The position numbers and the translations under genes were made by a program. Shown here piece after piece: positions 23,498 through 36,901 of a DNA stretch of 64,000 nt. The notes beneath the pieces are model-generated. The model searched no databases. It saw nothing but the letters and a program-made list of their open reading frames with translations, and was not told the DNA's origin. Source of the DNA: Scyliorhinus canicula (taxonomy: Eukaryota); NCBI RefSeq assembly GCF_902713615.1, contig NC_052158.1:105598540-105662539 (forward strand), written 5' to 3'. Each line of letters starts with the position of its first letter. Position 1 is the stretch's first letter.

Positions 23498-25372
23498 GTG
23501 GGGCTCAGACTGAGCTGTTCACAATGGATGCTGCAGGGCTCAGACTGAACTGTTCGCACTGGATGCTGTAGGGCTCAGGCTGGGCTGTTCACACTGGATG
23601 CTGTGGGGCTCAGACTGGGCTGTTCACACTGGATGCTGTAGGGCTCAGACTGAGCTGTTCACACTGGATGCTGTGGGGCTCAGACTGGGCTGTTCACACT
23701 GGATGCTGTGGGGCTCAGACTGGGCTGTTCACACTGGATGCTGTCGGGCTCAGACTGGGCTGTTTACACTGGATGCTGTGGGGTTCAGACTGAGCTGTTC
23801 GCACTGGATGCTGTAGGGCTCAGACTGAGCTGTTCACACTGGATGCTGTGGGGCTCAGACTGGGCTGTTCACACTGGATGCTGTAGGGCTCAGACTGAGC
23901 TGTTCGCACTGGATGCTGTAGGGCTCAGACTGAGCTGTTCACACTGGATGCTGTGGGGCTCAGACTGGGCTGTTCACACTGGATGCTGTAGGGCTCAGAC
24001 TGAGCTGTTCGCACTGGATGCTGTAGGGCTCAGACTGAACTGTTCACACTGGATGCTGTAGGGCTCAGACCTGGCTGTTCACACTGGATGCTGTAGGGCT
24101 CAGACTGAGCTGTTTACACTGGATGCTGTGGGGTTCAGACTGGGCTGTTCACACTGGATACTGTAGGGTTCAGACTGGGCTGTTCACACTGGATGCTGTG
24201 GGGCTCAGACTGGGCTGTTCACACTGGATGCTGTGGGGCTCAGACTGGGCTTTTCACACTGGATGCTGTGGAACTCAGACTGGGCTGTTTACACTGGATG
24301 CTGTGGGGCTCAGACTGAGCTGTTCACACTGGATGCTGTAGGGTTCAGACTGGGCTGTTCACACTGGATGCTGTGGGGCTCAGACTGGGCTGTTCACACT
24401 GGATGCTGTGGAACTCAGACTGGGCTGTTTACACTGGATGCTGTGGGGCTCAGACTGAGCTGTTCACACTGGATGCTGTAGGGTTCAGACTGAGCTGTTT
24501 ACACTGGATGCTGTGGGGCTCAGACTGGGCTGTTCACACTGGATGCTGTGGGGTTCAGACTGGGCTGTTCACACTGGATGCTGTAGGGTTCAGACTGGGC
24601 TGTTCACACTGGATGCTGTGGGGCTCAGACTGGGCTGTTCACACTGGATGCTGCAGGGATCAGACTGAGCTGTTCACACTGGATGCTGTAGGGCTCAGAC
24701 TGGGCTGTTCACACTGGATGTTGTAGGGCTCAGACCTGGCTGTTCACACTGGATGCTGTAGGGCTCAGACTGGGCTGTTCACACTGGATGCTCTGGGGCT
24801 CAGACTGGGCTGTTCACACTGGATGCTGTAGGGCTCAGACTGGGCTGTTCACACTGGATGCTGTGGAGCTCAGACTGAGCTGTTCACACTGGATGCTGTG
24901 TGGTTCAGACTGGGCTGTTCGCACTGGATGCTATTGGGCTCAGACTGGGCTGTTCACACTGGATGCTGTGGGGCTCAGACTGGGCTGTTCACACTGGATG
25001 CTGTGGGGCTCAGACCTGGCTGTTCCCACTGGATGCTGTAGGGCTCAGACTGGGCTGTTCACACTGGATGCTGTGGGGCTCAGACTGGCTGTTCACACTG
25101 GATGCTGTAGGGCTCAGACTGGGCTGTTCACACTGGAAGCTGTAGGGCTCAGACTGGGCTGTCCATACTGGATTCTGTAGGGCTCAGACTGGGCTGTTCA
25201 CACTGGAAGCTGTAGGGCTCAGACTGGGCTGTTCACACTGGATGCTGTGGGGCTCAGACTGGGCTGTTCGCACTGGATGCTGTGGGGTTCAGTCTGGGCT
25301 GTTCACACTGGATGCTGTGGGGTTCAGACTGGGCTATTCACACTGGGTTCTGTGAGGGTCCGACTGGGCTGT
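23498..25372. repeat. 35-bp minisatellite, about 53 copies
   Basis: Unit GGGCTCAGACTG(G/A)GCTGTTCACACTGGATGCTGT(A/G), head to tail with no spacers; degenerates at the right end. Confidence 0.97.
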
Positions 25373-25811
25373 AGTCTGCCAGCAGAGACCAATATTGGGG
25401 GTGACTTTGGATGGGCGTTAGGCAGAAACATGGTGAAGGAAAAAGAAGGGGTGAGATGACAGGCAGAGGGATGCCTTGGAGTTGGCAAGCTGGATCCGGA
25501 GAGCAGTGGTGGGAGGGGGGGGGGGGGGGTGCATGCAGACATTAGGCTGAGGGGAGGGGGGAATAGTTCACACAAGAGGGAGAGAGTACACAGAGACTCA
25601 TGACTACAGCAGGGGAGATAAATGTCAGTCAGTCATAGCTCTGGGACGAGGCCTAATGGTCGGGTGAGAGGTTGAAGGCAGCTTTGGAGCGCTATGGACC
25701 ACATTGTCGGGTGAAAGATTAAAGGCAGATCTGGGGTTTTATGGGCCTTACTTCAGGGCTCTGCATGGTACTCGCATTCTGGTCATGATCCAGGCGGGGG
25801 CAAGTATCACC

Positions 25812-26463
25812 TGTGGTGTTCTTTATGTTGCTAAATTCAGGATGGTTGACGCAGTGTTCACAAAGACCACAAAATAGCTTGCAATTGAACAAAGCTATAA
25901 ATTTATTAACACTACTAATTTGGATTCACATAAAAAATACGCAAGGGCAGAACTGTATCTTAGTGAATAGCAGTGTTGCTTCACAGCTCCAGGGTCCCAG
26001 GTTCGATTCCCAGCTTGGGTGACTGTCTGTGCGGAGTCTATACATTCTCCCCGTGTCTGCATGGGTTTCCTCTGGGTGCTCCTGTTTTCTCTCAGAAGTC
26101 CTGAAAGACGTGCTGTTAGGTAATTTGGACATTCTGAATTCACCCTGTGTACCCCAACAGGCGCCAGTGGTGACTCGGGCTTTTCTCAGTAACTTTATTG
26201 CAGGGTTAATGTAAGCTTACTTGTGGCTATTATTATTGATTATTAGCATATAAACTACACTCATCTACAACTAATCTATACTGTTATAAACTATGATCTG
26301 CTCTTACTCACACTATCTTTACTTCTAGCTAACTCCTGCACACTCCCCCCCCCCCCGCACCACCACCACAAGGCTTTATATATTTGTCGCTGTAGCTCCC
26401 TCCAGTGGCAATTCTAGACATTTCATTAACCCTTGCAGTTCTTACATTTATGATAATACCACA
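25812..26463 (-). mobile_element. Solo LTR interrupted by a SINE
   Basis: TGTGGT...ACCACA termini, flanks tcacc/ccacc (5-bp TSD with one mismatch), minus-strand AATAAA at ~25901. Confidence 0.7.
25945..26245 (+). mobile_element. SINE with (tat)n tail, nested in the solo LTR
   Basis: Same head and core; tail ...aacttcattgcagtgttaatgtaagcctac..(att)n shared with the copies at 62195 and 63316. Confidence 0.85.
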
Positions 26464-26469
26464 CCACCT

Positions 26470-27100
26470 GCTCAATGATGATCATGCACACTGTGGTGTG
26501 CTGGGCATGGTAGGTGCCTCACATGTGGTGGTCCTGGGGTTGGCTGACTCAGTATTAGTCCAATCTGGCTTGCCTTCGTCATGTGACTCTGCCATGAGGC
26601 AAGCACTGTAAGCTGCCATTTCAGATCAGTTAAATAAAGCCTCTTACTGAGACAGGTACTGAAGAAAACTGATGTCCTAGTAAATAAATTACACTCCATC
26701 AATATGCAGATGATCAGGAATCACCGAATAATCACCACACGTGTGCAAAATTCCAGTTGAAAATCTCGTTTCCGGACCCTCTCGGGATTTTACACTCGCA
26801 TCGCCATTTGCTCTCGCAACGAACATGGGCGCAAGTAGTCACGATTCTAAAGATGCAATTCAGGTACATAGGCAGATCTGGGGGCCAGCATTTCATTATG
26901 CACTGAACACAGTTTCCAGAATGATAGTAGTCTGGTGGGTCTTGCACAACATTGTGCAACAGCGAGGACAGGTGGAGGAAGGCCATAAGTGCCCTACACC
27001 TACAGAAGGAAGATGGGAGAGGAAGGGCTGATGCAGTGAGGATACCAGCAGCCACTATTGGGGATGCTAGGAGAAATTGATTCAGGCATGTTTCACTTGA
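26470..27100 (+). pseudogene. Second, older Harbinger transposase remnant
   Basis: HSINMQM at ~26692 and VSRMIVVWWVLHNIVQQRG at ~26911-26967. Confidence 0.6.
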
Positions 27101-27369
27101 GGAAATGTAACCATCTTACACACTAATTTTAAACTGACTGTGTAGCCACCCCACCCAGCCCCCAACAGAAAATATTCCCAAAGTTGACAATCAAACCTCT
27201 CACCAAGACCCATTGATCAATTTTAACACTTTGGATCCACTTACTGGAGCAGCACCAGGCAAACCTAAAAATGACGTATCAACCTGGTGAAACTACAGCA
27301 CAGGATTGATTATCTACATTCCAAACATCATTGATATATAGCATGCAATGATCCCAGAACCAACTGATT

Positions 27370-28840
27370 AGGCATTAGCTCTGCAGTCCTGCCACATCCA
27401 GTCATGAATGGTGGTGGATAATTAAACAACCGACAGGCGGAGGAGACTCAACAAATATCCCCATCCTCAATGATGGGGAGTCCAGTATATCAGTGCAAAA
27501 GGCAAAGCTGAAGTATTTACAGCCACCTTCAGCCAGAAATGCCGAGTGGATGTTTCATTTCAGCCTCTTCCTGAGGTCCCCAGCATTACAAATGTCAGTC
27601 TTCAGCCGATTTGTTCACTCCACGTGATACCAAGAAATGGCTGAAGGCACTAGATACGGCAAAGGCAATGAGCCCCGATAATATTCTGGCAAGTGTACTG
27701 AAGACTTGTGCTCCAGAACCTGCTGCCCTCCAATCCAAGCTATTCCAATACAGGTTATAACACTGGCATCTACCCAGCAATGTGGAAAATTGCTTTGGTA
27801 TGTCCTGGGACAAATCTGATTCAGCCAACTAGCAGTCCATCAGTTTACTCTCGATCATCAGCAAAGTAAAGGAAAGCATTGTCTTACTCAGCAATAACCT
27901 GCTCACTGATGCTCAGATTTTGGTCATTCAGGGTCACTTGGCTCTTCATTACAATCTTTGTACAAACATGCACAAAAGAGTTGAACTCCAGAGGTGAGGT
28001 GAGAGTGACTGCACTTGATATCAAGGCAGCATTTGACCAAAGGTGGCATCAGTTGAAAAACTGGAGTCAATGTCAATCAGGAGAAAATCTCTGCTGGTTG
28101 GAGTCATACCTTGCACAAAGGAAGATGGTTGTAGTTGTTTGAGAACAATAATCTCAGTCCTGTAACATCACAGTATGAGCTCCTCAGTGTAGTGTCCTTG
28201 GTTGAACCATCTTCAACTTCTGCATCCAGTAACTTCCCTCTGTAATAACTTTTTCAAAAGAATTAATATTACGGGACGTGAGCGTCGCTGACTGGGCCAG
28301 CAATTATTGTCTGTCCCTAATTGCCCTCAATTTCAGAGGGCATTTGAGAGTCAACCACATTGGTGTGGGTCTGGAGTCACATGTTAGCCAGATCAGGTAA
28401 GGATGGCAGATTTCCTTCCCTAAAGGACATTTGTGAATCACATATATTTTTAAGACAATTGTTTCATGGTCACCATTAGACTTTTAATTCCTGACTTTTA
28501 TTGAATTCAAATGTCACTGTCTGCCAAGGTGGGATTTGAACCCAGGTCCCCAGATCTTGCCCTGAGGTCTCTGGGTTACTCGTCCAGCGGCAATACCACT
28601 GTGCCACTGCCACCCCCAGAAATGGAGATGTTTGCTGATGATTGCACAATGTTCACATCATTCGTGGTTCCTCAGATACAGATATAGTCCATGTCCATCA
28701 ATATCAAGGCCTGAACAATATTCACACTTCGGCTGGAAAGTGGACAGTAACATTCATGCCACACAAGTGCCAGCCAATGGCCATCTCCAACAAGAGTGGA
28801 TCCAATCATTGCCCCTTGACATTCAATGGCAGTACCATCA
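27370..28840 (+). mobile_element. Decayed CR1/L2-group LINE ORF2 (family 2)
   Basis: VRVTALDIKAAFDQ, WLESYLAQRKMVVVV, MFADDC; interrupted by a short insert at ~28255-28617. Confidence 0.8.
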
Positions 28841-29069
28841 CGTTGAGATCTCCCTCTCATGGGAGAGCACAGAGAAGGGAGTCCAGGAACTCCAGGGGGT
28901 GCCAAGGATGAAGTTGTGAGTAATAATACAAGCCCCCATTCCTGAAACCCGACAGAGTTGTGGTCATTCTTAGGTCTTGTAAACTACTATGGGTAATTTA
29001 TTCCTAACCTGGTGACCACCCTTGCATCACTACATGTATTGCTGAAGAAGCACTGAGAGTTCATAAGTT

Positions 29070-31110
29070 CATAAAATACAGGAACAGAATGAGGCCATTC
29101 GGCCCATCGAGTCTGCTCTGCCATCCTATCATGGCTGGTATGTTCCTCATCTGCTACCTATAATGTTACAGACCAAATGCTGGATTGCAAAATCAGCCAG
29201 AGCATCTCCTCCCTAGAACAGATGACCGAGTAGCAGGAGTAGGCAATTTAGCCTCCCGAGCCTAACACCCTCAATGTGATCATGGCTGATCCCATCCTGG
29301 CCTCAACTCCACAGTCCTGTCCATTCTCCATAACCCTTCAATCCATTACCAATTAAAAATCTGTCCAACTCCTCCTTAAATTTACTTTCTGTCCCTGCAT
29401 CCACCACACTCTCGTTTAGCGAATTCCACAGATTCACAACCCCTTGGGAGAAGTAGTTTTTTCTCAAATCTGTTGTAAATTTGCTAAGTGTGACAGAGCC
29501 GACGAGGGAACAGGCAATTCTGGATTTGGTGATGTGTGATGAGGCAGACCTGATCAAGGAACTTAAGGTGAAGGTGAAATGGCAAATGAAATACAATGTG
29601 GAAAAGTGTTAGGTTATGCATTTTGGAAGGAGGAATTTAGGCATAGACTAGTTTCTAAATGGGGAAACACTTAGGAAATCAGAAGCACAAAGACTTGGGA
29701 GTCCTTGTTCACGATTCTCTTAAGGTTAACGTGCAAGTTCAGTCAGCAGTTAAGAAGGCAAATGCAATGATAGCATTCATGTCGCGAGGACTAGAATACA
29801 AGACCAGGAAGGTACTTCTGAGGCTGTATAAGGCTCTGGTCAGACACCATTTGGAGTATTGTGAGCAGTTTTGGACCCCATACCTAAGGAAGGATGTGCT
29901 GGCCTTGGAAAGGCTCCGGACGAGGTTCACAAGAATGATCCCTGGAATTAAGAATTTGTCGTATGAGGAACGGTTGAGGCTTCTGGGTCTGTACTCGGAG
30001 TTTAGAAGGATGAGGGGGGGATCTTATTGAAACTTACAAGATACTGCGAGGCCTGGATAGAGTTGACGTGGAGAAGATGTTTCAATTTGTTGGAGAAACT
30101 AGAACTAGAGGACACCATCTCAGACTAAAGGGACGATCCTCTAAAACAGAGATGAGGACAAATTTATTCAGCCAGAGGGTGGAGAATCTGTACAACTCTT
30201 TGCCGCAGAAGGATGTGGAGGACAAATCACTGAGTGTCTTTAAGACAGAGATATATAGGTTCTTGATTAATAAGGGGATCAGGGGTTATGGGAAGAAGGC
30301 AGGAGAATGGGAATGAGAAAATATCAGCCATGATTGAATGGCGGAGCAGACTCGATGGGCCGATTGGCCTAATTCTGTTCCGATGTCTTATAGTCTTATG
30401 CTACCTCTTCTAAGAATATGATCTCTTGTTTTAGAATGCCCCACAAGAGGAAGAATCAACTCCACATCTACTTTATCCATACCTTTTAGCATCTTGTATA
30501 CTTCAATTAGATCTCCCCTCATTCTTCTAAACTCTAGAGAGTATAGGCCTCCACTGCTCAATCTCTCCTCATAGGGCAGCATGGCAACACAGTGGTTAGC
30601 ACAGTTGCTTCACTGCTCCAAGGTCCCAGGTTCGATTCCCGGTTTGGTTCACTGTCTGTGCAGAGTCTGCACGTTCTCCCCGTCTCTGCGTGGGTTTCCT
30701 CTGGGTGCTCCGGTTTCCTCCCACAGTACAAAGATGTGCAGGTTAGGTGGATTGGCCATGGTAAATTGTCCTTAGACTCCAAAAAGAAGGTTAGGTAGGG
30801 TTACTGGGTTTCGGGGATTGGGTGAGCTTAAGTGGGGTGTTCTTTACAAGCACTGGTGCAGACTCAATGGGACAAATGGCCTCCTTCTGCACTGTAAAGT
30901 CTATAAATACAGGACAAACTCCTCACATCTGGAATAAGTCTAGTGAACCTCCTCCGAACTGCCTCCAATGCCACTGCATCTTTCCTCAAATAAGGGACCA
31001 AACTGTGCTCAATACTCTAGGTACAATCTCACCAATGCCTTGTACAGTTGCAACAACACTTCCTCACCTTTATACTATATTCCTTAAGCTATAAATTCCA
31101 TCTACTTTCC
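29070..31110. mobile_element. Cluster of CR1 3' ends (minus 29070-29485, plus 29490-30398, minus 30398-31110)
   Basis: KDLGVLVHDSLKV..LYKALVRHHLEYCEQFW, TRGHHLRL..FSQRV, and a (gtcttat)n tail at 30385-30400. Confidence 0.88.
30574..30905 (+). mobile_element. HE1-like SINE nested in CR1
   Basis: Complete head, core and tail; CR1 sequence continues on both sides. Confidence 0.88.
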
Positions 31111-31119
31111 TTATTATCT

Positions 31120-31970
31120 GCTGGACACCTCTTGGATATCATCCTCCATGTCGACGGTCTCCATGGGAGGTTACAACTCTCCTTCAGCAACCACGGCATT
31201 CTGGAGGTGCTAGTTACAGACAATGGTATCTGTTCACCATGTTTGTTCACTTGATGACGGTAAACGCGTGAGGCACGCTCGGACGGGCCCATACTAGCCT
31301 TCCTCGAACAAAATGGCCGAGCAAGCGGAGTAGACTTTGAAGAGAGGGATGAAGAAACAGGCCACGGGATGCGTGGAAATAAGATAAGCACAATTTGTAT
31401 GTAGTTATTGGACCATGCCACATGCCACAACTGGCAATGCACCAGCTGAACTATTAATTGGTCCAAGGCTCAGGACCAGCCTCAGCCTCACATTCCTCAA
31501 AATTGGCGGGAGAGTGCAATGCAGTCAGGATCTGCAGAGGCAAGGTAGTGGTAGGCGGACATTGACCAGGAGTTTCCGACCGAGGGACACGGTGCACATC
31601 CAATACTTCGGGAAAGAGTCCGTTGGATTCCAGGGAACAGACCTACAACAGACCGCACCAGTCTCGTACCAAGTAAAGGCTCGCAAACGGACAGTGCGAA
31701 AGCACCTTGATCATCTCAGGAGCAGGGAGCCAGCATTAGGACACACCCCACCAGAGGAACGATCTTCCAGCCATGTCAGCCCAGCACATGGAGACCTGGG
31801 GGTGTCACCCCCTGGGGGCCCTGACACCAATTGCAACAGATGATGGACTCAGATCCTGAAATGGAGACCCAGGTATCTGAGGTTTACGACATCAACGTTG
31901 TCAAGAATAAGCTGCCAGCGGTACCCCTCCGAATTGTCATCACCAAAACAACGATCCCTGACTTGGTAAG
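31120..31970 (+). mobile_element. Gypsy integrase remnant
   Basis: HGILEVLVTDNG, PHATTGNAPAELLIGPRLRTSL, PVSYQV..RKHLDHLR. Confidence 0.8.
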
Positions 31971-32069
31971 GGCTGGAGTGCCAGAATAGTTTGGCTCAGA
32001 CTTGGACTGTTGCTTGTATATACTTTTCCTGAATCTCCTTGACTCTCCTTTCCTGACTCCTCATTGACT

Positions 32070-32600
32070 ACCATACTCCCCCCAAAGCCTGGCCACAATC
32101 TCCAAGGCACAAATCAGGAATGTGATGGAATACTCTCCACTTTTCTGGATTAGTTCAGCTCCAAAAACGCTCAATAAGCTCAACACCATGCAGCCACTTG
32201 ATTAGCACGGCCTCCACCATCATCAACATTCAATCCCTGTGGCACTAGTGTGAACCAGCCACATGATATACTGCAGCAATTCACAAAGTCTCCTTCAACA
32301 GCATCCCCCAAACTTGTAACCCCTATCACCTAGGAGAACAGGGCCAGAAGATGCATGGGAACACCACCACCTGCAATTTCCCCTCCAAGTCGCTCCCCAT
32401 CCTCACTTGGAAATAAATCCCCGTTCCTTCTCTGTCACTGGGGCAAAATGCTGGAACTTCCTTCCTAACAGTACTGTGGGTGTACAGTTCACTGTGGGGG
32501 CAGCAGTTCAAGAAGGCAGCTCACCACCACCTTCTCAAGGGCAATTAGGGATGGGCAATCAATGATGGCCTAGCCAACAATGTCCTAATTTAATGGAATA
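32070..32600 (+). mobile_element. 3' end of family-2 LINE
   Basis: Tail ttcaagaaggcagctcaccaccaccttctcaagggcaattaggga, also seen at ~19320, 44035 and 54995. Confidence 0.75.
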
Positions 32601-33049
32601 ATGGTTTTAAATGACAGAGGCCACTCGGCAGACAGTAGGCAAAAATGGACAATGTTGAGAAATGGAATAATGAAATGAAGTTCCTGGTGTATAAATATGA
32701 ATTAATAATGTGAAATGTAACACCATATTGAATACCTGAAATAAATACCTTTGTTCAACTACAAGTCCTTGATATTCCTTTTCCTACTTATCCTCCCTGT
32801 TGTTACTAAAATTACTTCAGCAGGCTGTACATTATTCCTTGTTCTCACTACTCAGCTGCTACTAGTTAATATGCTTTGGATTGGGGAGGCCAGAGGCCTT
32901 GCCAAAAGCTGCCTTTCTGAATCTGTGCAAGGGCAGCCTCAGCCAATGGAATAGGTGGCAGCACGGAATTCTCCAATGTATAGCAATCGCCACTGCTTGC
33001 TCCCGTTTATTTGTGATGTGTGATTCACCAAATGAGTGACCTAACTATC

Positions 33050-35380
33050 TGGCAGGTCCACTGAGGTCAGTGTATCTGAGCTGGTGGAGGACACAGTCAT
33101 ATGAGTCAAATTATGCTATTTCCTCAGGATGAGTGACATTCTCTGAGAAGTCTGTGTCCTCTTCCTGCATCACCCCTGAGGGACACTTGATGGTCCTTGA
33201 TGGAGATTAATGACACCGTTGTGCAGATGATTATTAATTCTGTCACCAAGTGACTGGAAGTCCAGTATCTCTCCATCTGCAATCGTCACATTTATCTCCA
33301 GTACCTCCTCCTTTGCAGTCGTCATGGTAACAAAGGGTAGAGAGCCACCGTCAGTACATTGCTTTTCCCAGATATCCTGTGTTCTGTTTCCCTGCAAGAA
33401 AGAAAAGGCCTGTAAGTGTATGAAGTAGAATGTTTTGAGAAGATGGATGGATAACATGTGTGGAAGGTCACAGTGAGATTGCCATAATGTGAGGGCGATT
33501 TCAGTGCTGCCTGGTGTCAGGGGCAGCAACTTCATCAGCGGAACAAAAATGAACTGGACAAAGTTGGAAAAGGACATATTCCATTTTAAAAGGCAAACTG
33601 CTGTACAGACCATATCAGCAGACAGACAACAGAATATACAAAAACAAGCCAGGCCATGAGTCATGACAGTACCAACAGGAAAATTTTGCGGAAAGATTAA
33701 ACGGCCCAAACTCACTCCAAGAGGGATTATTGAAATCATTTGTTGCCCTGACCAGACAAAATCACAATACCTTAATGGGAAAATGATTAAAGTTGTTGTC
33801 TCCAGCAACCATTTGCAAGAGATCAGCAGCTTCCGGAGACATTATGAACGCTTGGTGGGATACTAATCACATCTCTGCCATCCTGCCAGCAATCAAGAGG
33901 CTTTTGTCCTGGAACTTACCTGTGGGAGCGGTCAGTCCACTCCATCCAAGCTTTTTGCCCTTAAAAATAAGGGACTCAGTGACTGTTTTAACTCTGTCCT
34001 GCTTGGCGCACTCTTCACTTGCTGGGAGCAGACCACGAAAACCGAAGGAACACCAGGATCACTGACCAGCCAGTTTTGAGGAAGAGCCAGAAACATCTGT
34101 ATCAGTTGGACTTTTCTTCCTGGGGACGGTAAGTATACTCTCTCAGCCCACAGAAACACCCAATTACCGCTGAGATTTGGGGTGAGTGAGTGGATATATA
34201 TCTGTGTTTATGTTTGCGACGTTAAAGTAAATTTGTCTAAAAGTAAGAATTTTTGTTATGCTGTTTAGTCTTTCGCTTTATACATAGCATTTTTATAACC
34301 GGTGTTTGTGCGTGATAGTTTGAGTTCTGGTGGACCTAATTCTCTTGAATAAATTATTTAATTTTAAATCTACCATTGTTGTAGTCTCACCTTCCTTTCA
34401 CTGTCTGCTCTGGTTGAGTCACAATAATTGCCAGAATATAATTCCGTAGTCGGTACCCAAAAGGCATCCAAGTACTTTGAACACACTCACTCAAGAGAGG
34501 CTACTGGTTCGGAATAAACAGTGGTCCCTCTTTCTCTCTCTCTCTTGTGAAGTTGCACTAGTGGGGCGCTTCCGCGTAACATTTCACCATCCCAGGAGAG
34601 AGACTCACACAGGCATAGGTGGCAGTCACAGTAACTGGCGTGGCATAAGGACAATCCCACCGGTTAGGTATAAACAGTGAGACTTGTTCCCTCTCTCTTG
34701 CGAAGCTGTCCCAGTGCGACACTTCTGGGTTGTGGTTTCAACACCTGCAGGAGAGAGACACCCACAGTTACCTGTGACACCTAATTCCAGCCGGTTGTGG
34801 AGTAAAGGAAACCCTTTCCGTTGCAATGGTCAGATGGGAATGTGAGGCCATGCCTCGAGAGAATGGAAATTGTGCTAATTGTGTTGGCCTCAGGAGTGAC
34901 GTGCAGAAGAAGGCTGGGGAAGGCAGAGTTAAAGGGTCTATACTTGAATGTGCCATGCCTGTCACCTTTACTGCATTGATCATGTCACTGAACGTCTTGC
35001 AAGGCACCATACTCTTCAGGCGGCTGACCTTGTTTGAGGCTGCTTTCTTATTCCGACTATGGGAAATAGAATCTCTCTACAAGCCTCACAGCCAGCAATA
35101 TTATCTGTGGAGTTGCATTAGAGAAGCATGGTACTGCTTTGCCATATTGCACTTCCCCCTCTGCAGGTGTTGGCTCTGTTCATACAATTTTGCGACTCTG
35201 GTCCTCTCTGCGTCCCTTTAAACAGTGGAGCTGAAAGAAGCTGATGCAGCTGCACCCAGCCGTTTTAATTAGTTGGAAACCCAGAGGTCTCGTGCAAATG
35301 CTGGTTCAAAAACCACTGGCAAACATGCTGTTCAATCTCTTGCATTCTCACTTCCTGCCAGCCTCCCCCTCTGCGAGTGG
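33050..35380 (-). pseudogene. Old Harbinger Myb/SANT-like gene remnant, split by an insertion
   Basis: Minus peptides CKTFSDMINAVK (QCRKKFNDL-like, ~34965-35000) and TDGGSLPFVTMTTAKEEVLEI (~33295-33360). Confidence 0.45.
33659..34825 (+). mobile_element. Unclassified ~1.2 kb LTR-like insertion with a structured 3' end
   Basis: Interrupts the Myb remnant; donor-like GGTAAGT at ~34128, AATAAA at 34513, duplicated hairpin units. No clean TSD. Confidence 0.4.
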
Positions 35381-36901
35381 AACTGAAAGTTACCTCAAGG
35401 AGTAAGTTCTGAGAAAAAGGCATAATCTGAATGGGGCAATTAAATTGACCAATAGGGAAGAAATAATGTCGTTCTTTGGATTCAAAATGAATGCATTTGT
35501 ATTTTTTGTGAAACGTATAGTTTTATTCACTTTATCTGATATATTTCCATGTTATATTTTTCAGAGAAATCATTTTTGGCTAACCTTGTGTGGAAAAAGC
35601 CGAATAAAATTACAGACTGCACAGAGTAATCACATCACTGAACAATTACCCCAATTACCCCAAAAACAATTTTGCAAGTTAGATTTCTCAACCACATCAA
35701 TATTAGGTTCAGCACACCAGGGAGCGGATTGCATTTGTGATTCAAGTTTATCAAACTGTATTATATTTGAGTATACTCTTTTAATGGAATTCTTCAGGAT
35801 ATCTAGCATTGTTTCACCTGCTGAATTTTAAAATGTCTGTGTACTTATTGCCTGACCTTTTAGTTTCTCCAATTTTTACTCTGGCCTGTTCAATCTCATC
35901 TTTTCCCTCTTTTTTTAAATTATGTGAACATTTAAAATGCTACATAAATGCATTTTATTATTGCAGAGCTTCAACTTGCGTAGGTGCCAAGTTGTGCAAT
36001 AAGATTGCTAACTCCACACTTCAGACAGAGATACATATCCCTTGCTGAAAGCAGGCTGCAGATTGCTCACATTATGAGTGGAATCTTCTACCCTGACAGG
36101 AGGCAAGGTCGGTGGTGGAAGGACCTGGAAATTAGGTGGGTTGGCCTCGGGACTGATACCCAACATTTTCTCACCTCCATATTTTTAAGTTCTAGGTGGG
36201 AAGGCCCTTGGTCTGCCTTTTTCCCTTCCACCCCGTTATCTTAAGGGCCTCTTCCTGTCTCCGTTGCAAATTCCACAGCTCCAGATGGGCCTGGTGCTGA
36301 CATGTGGCCTGCACAGCTGGTTGAATGGAATGGGCTGCATGACGGCCTGAGAGCAGGGTTCCTCAATCTACATTTATGATTCAGGGCTTGGACATAGGGG
36401 AGGGTGTGGTCCCTGACAGCCGTGCCACTGCCCTTGCTGTGACATCCATGATGCTGCCACCCCCTCCCACAACACCCACCCCACGAAACACTGACCACAA
36501 GACAGCCTTTTACCTGGGTCACTCTGTAATCCTTGAACTCCAGGAGGTGTTGTTCCAGTAGAAGCCGTAGAATCCTCTGTGGTGCTGCTGACTGCAAGAG
36601 GCCGCAGCTTTAGGCAGGCGGGACGTCATATATGGGGCTCTTCAGTTGGGGGGATGTCCTCTCAGGTCTGATGGGCGAAAGTACGGTCGGCCTTCCTCCT
36701 TCGGGACAGCATGGATATATCGCCGCTTTTTCAGGCAGCATGCGAGACTCTGCTGAAAACAAAAGATTCTGTCCCTTGCGTCAGACCTTTTAAAAAAATT
36801 ATTTTGAGGCATTTACATTTTCACACAACAAATATAATCACAAATCAATTCAAACTCAAAATGTTAGCTCTTTTCTCTCCCTACAGATGCTGCCAGACCT
36901 G

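Noticed and set aside
23498-25372. CRISPR array, or Cys/Trp-rich ORFs in the 35-bp repeat
   Set aside because: Units are contiguous with no unique spacers, there are no cas genes and the context is eukaryotic. The ORFs are frame-cycling artefacts of a 35-bp period.
33170-33808. 212-aa minus-strand ORF
   Set aside because: It crosses an insertion boundary and intron-like sequence; only a short part resembles the Myb remnant.
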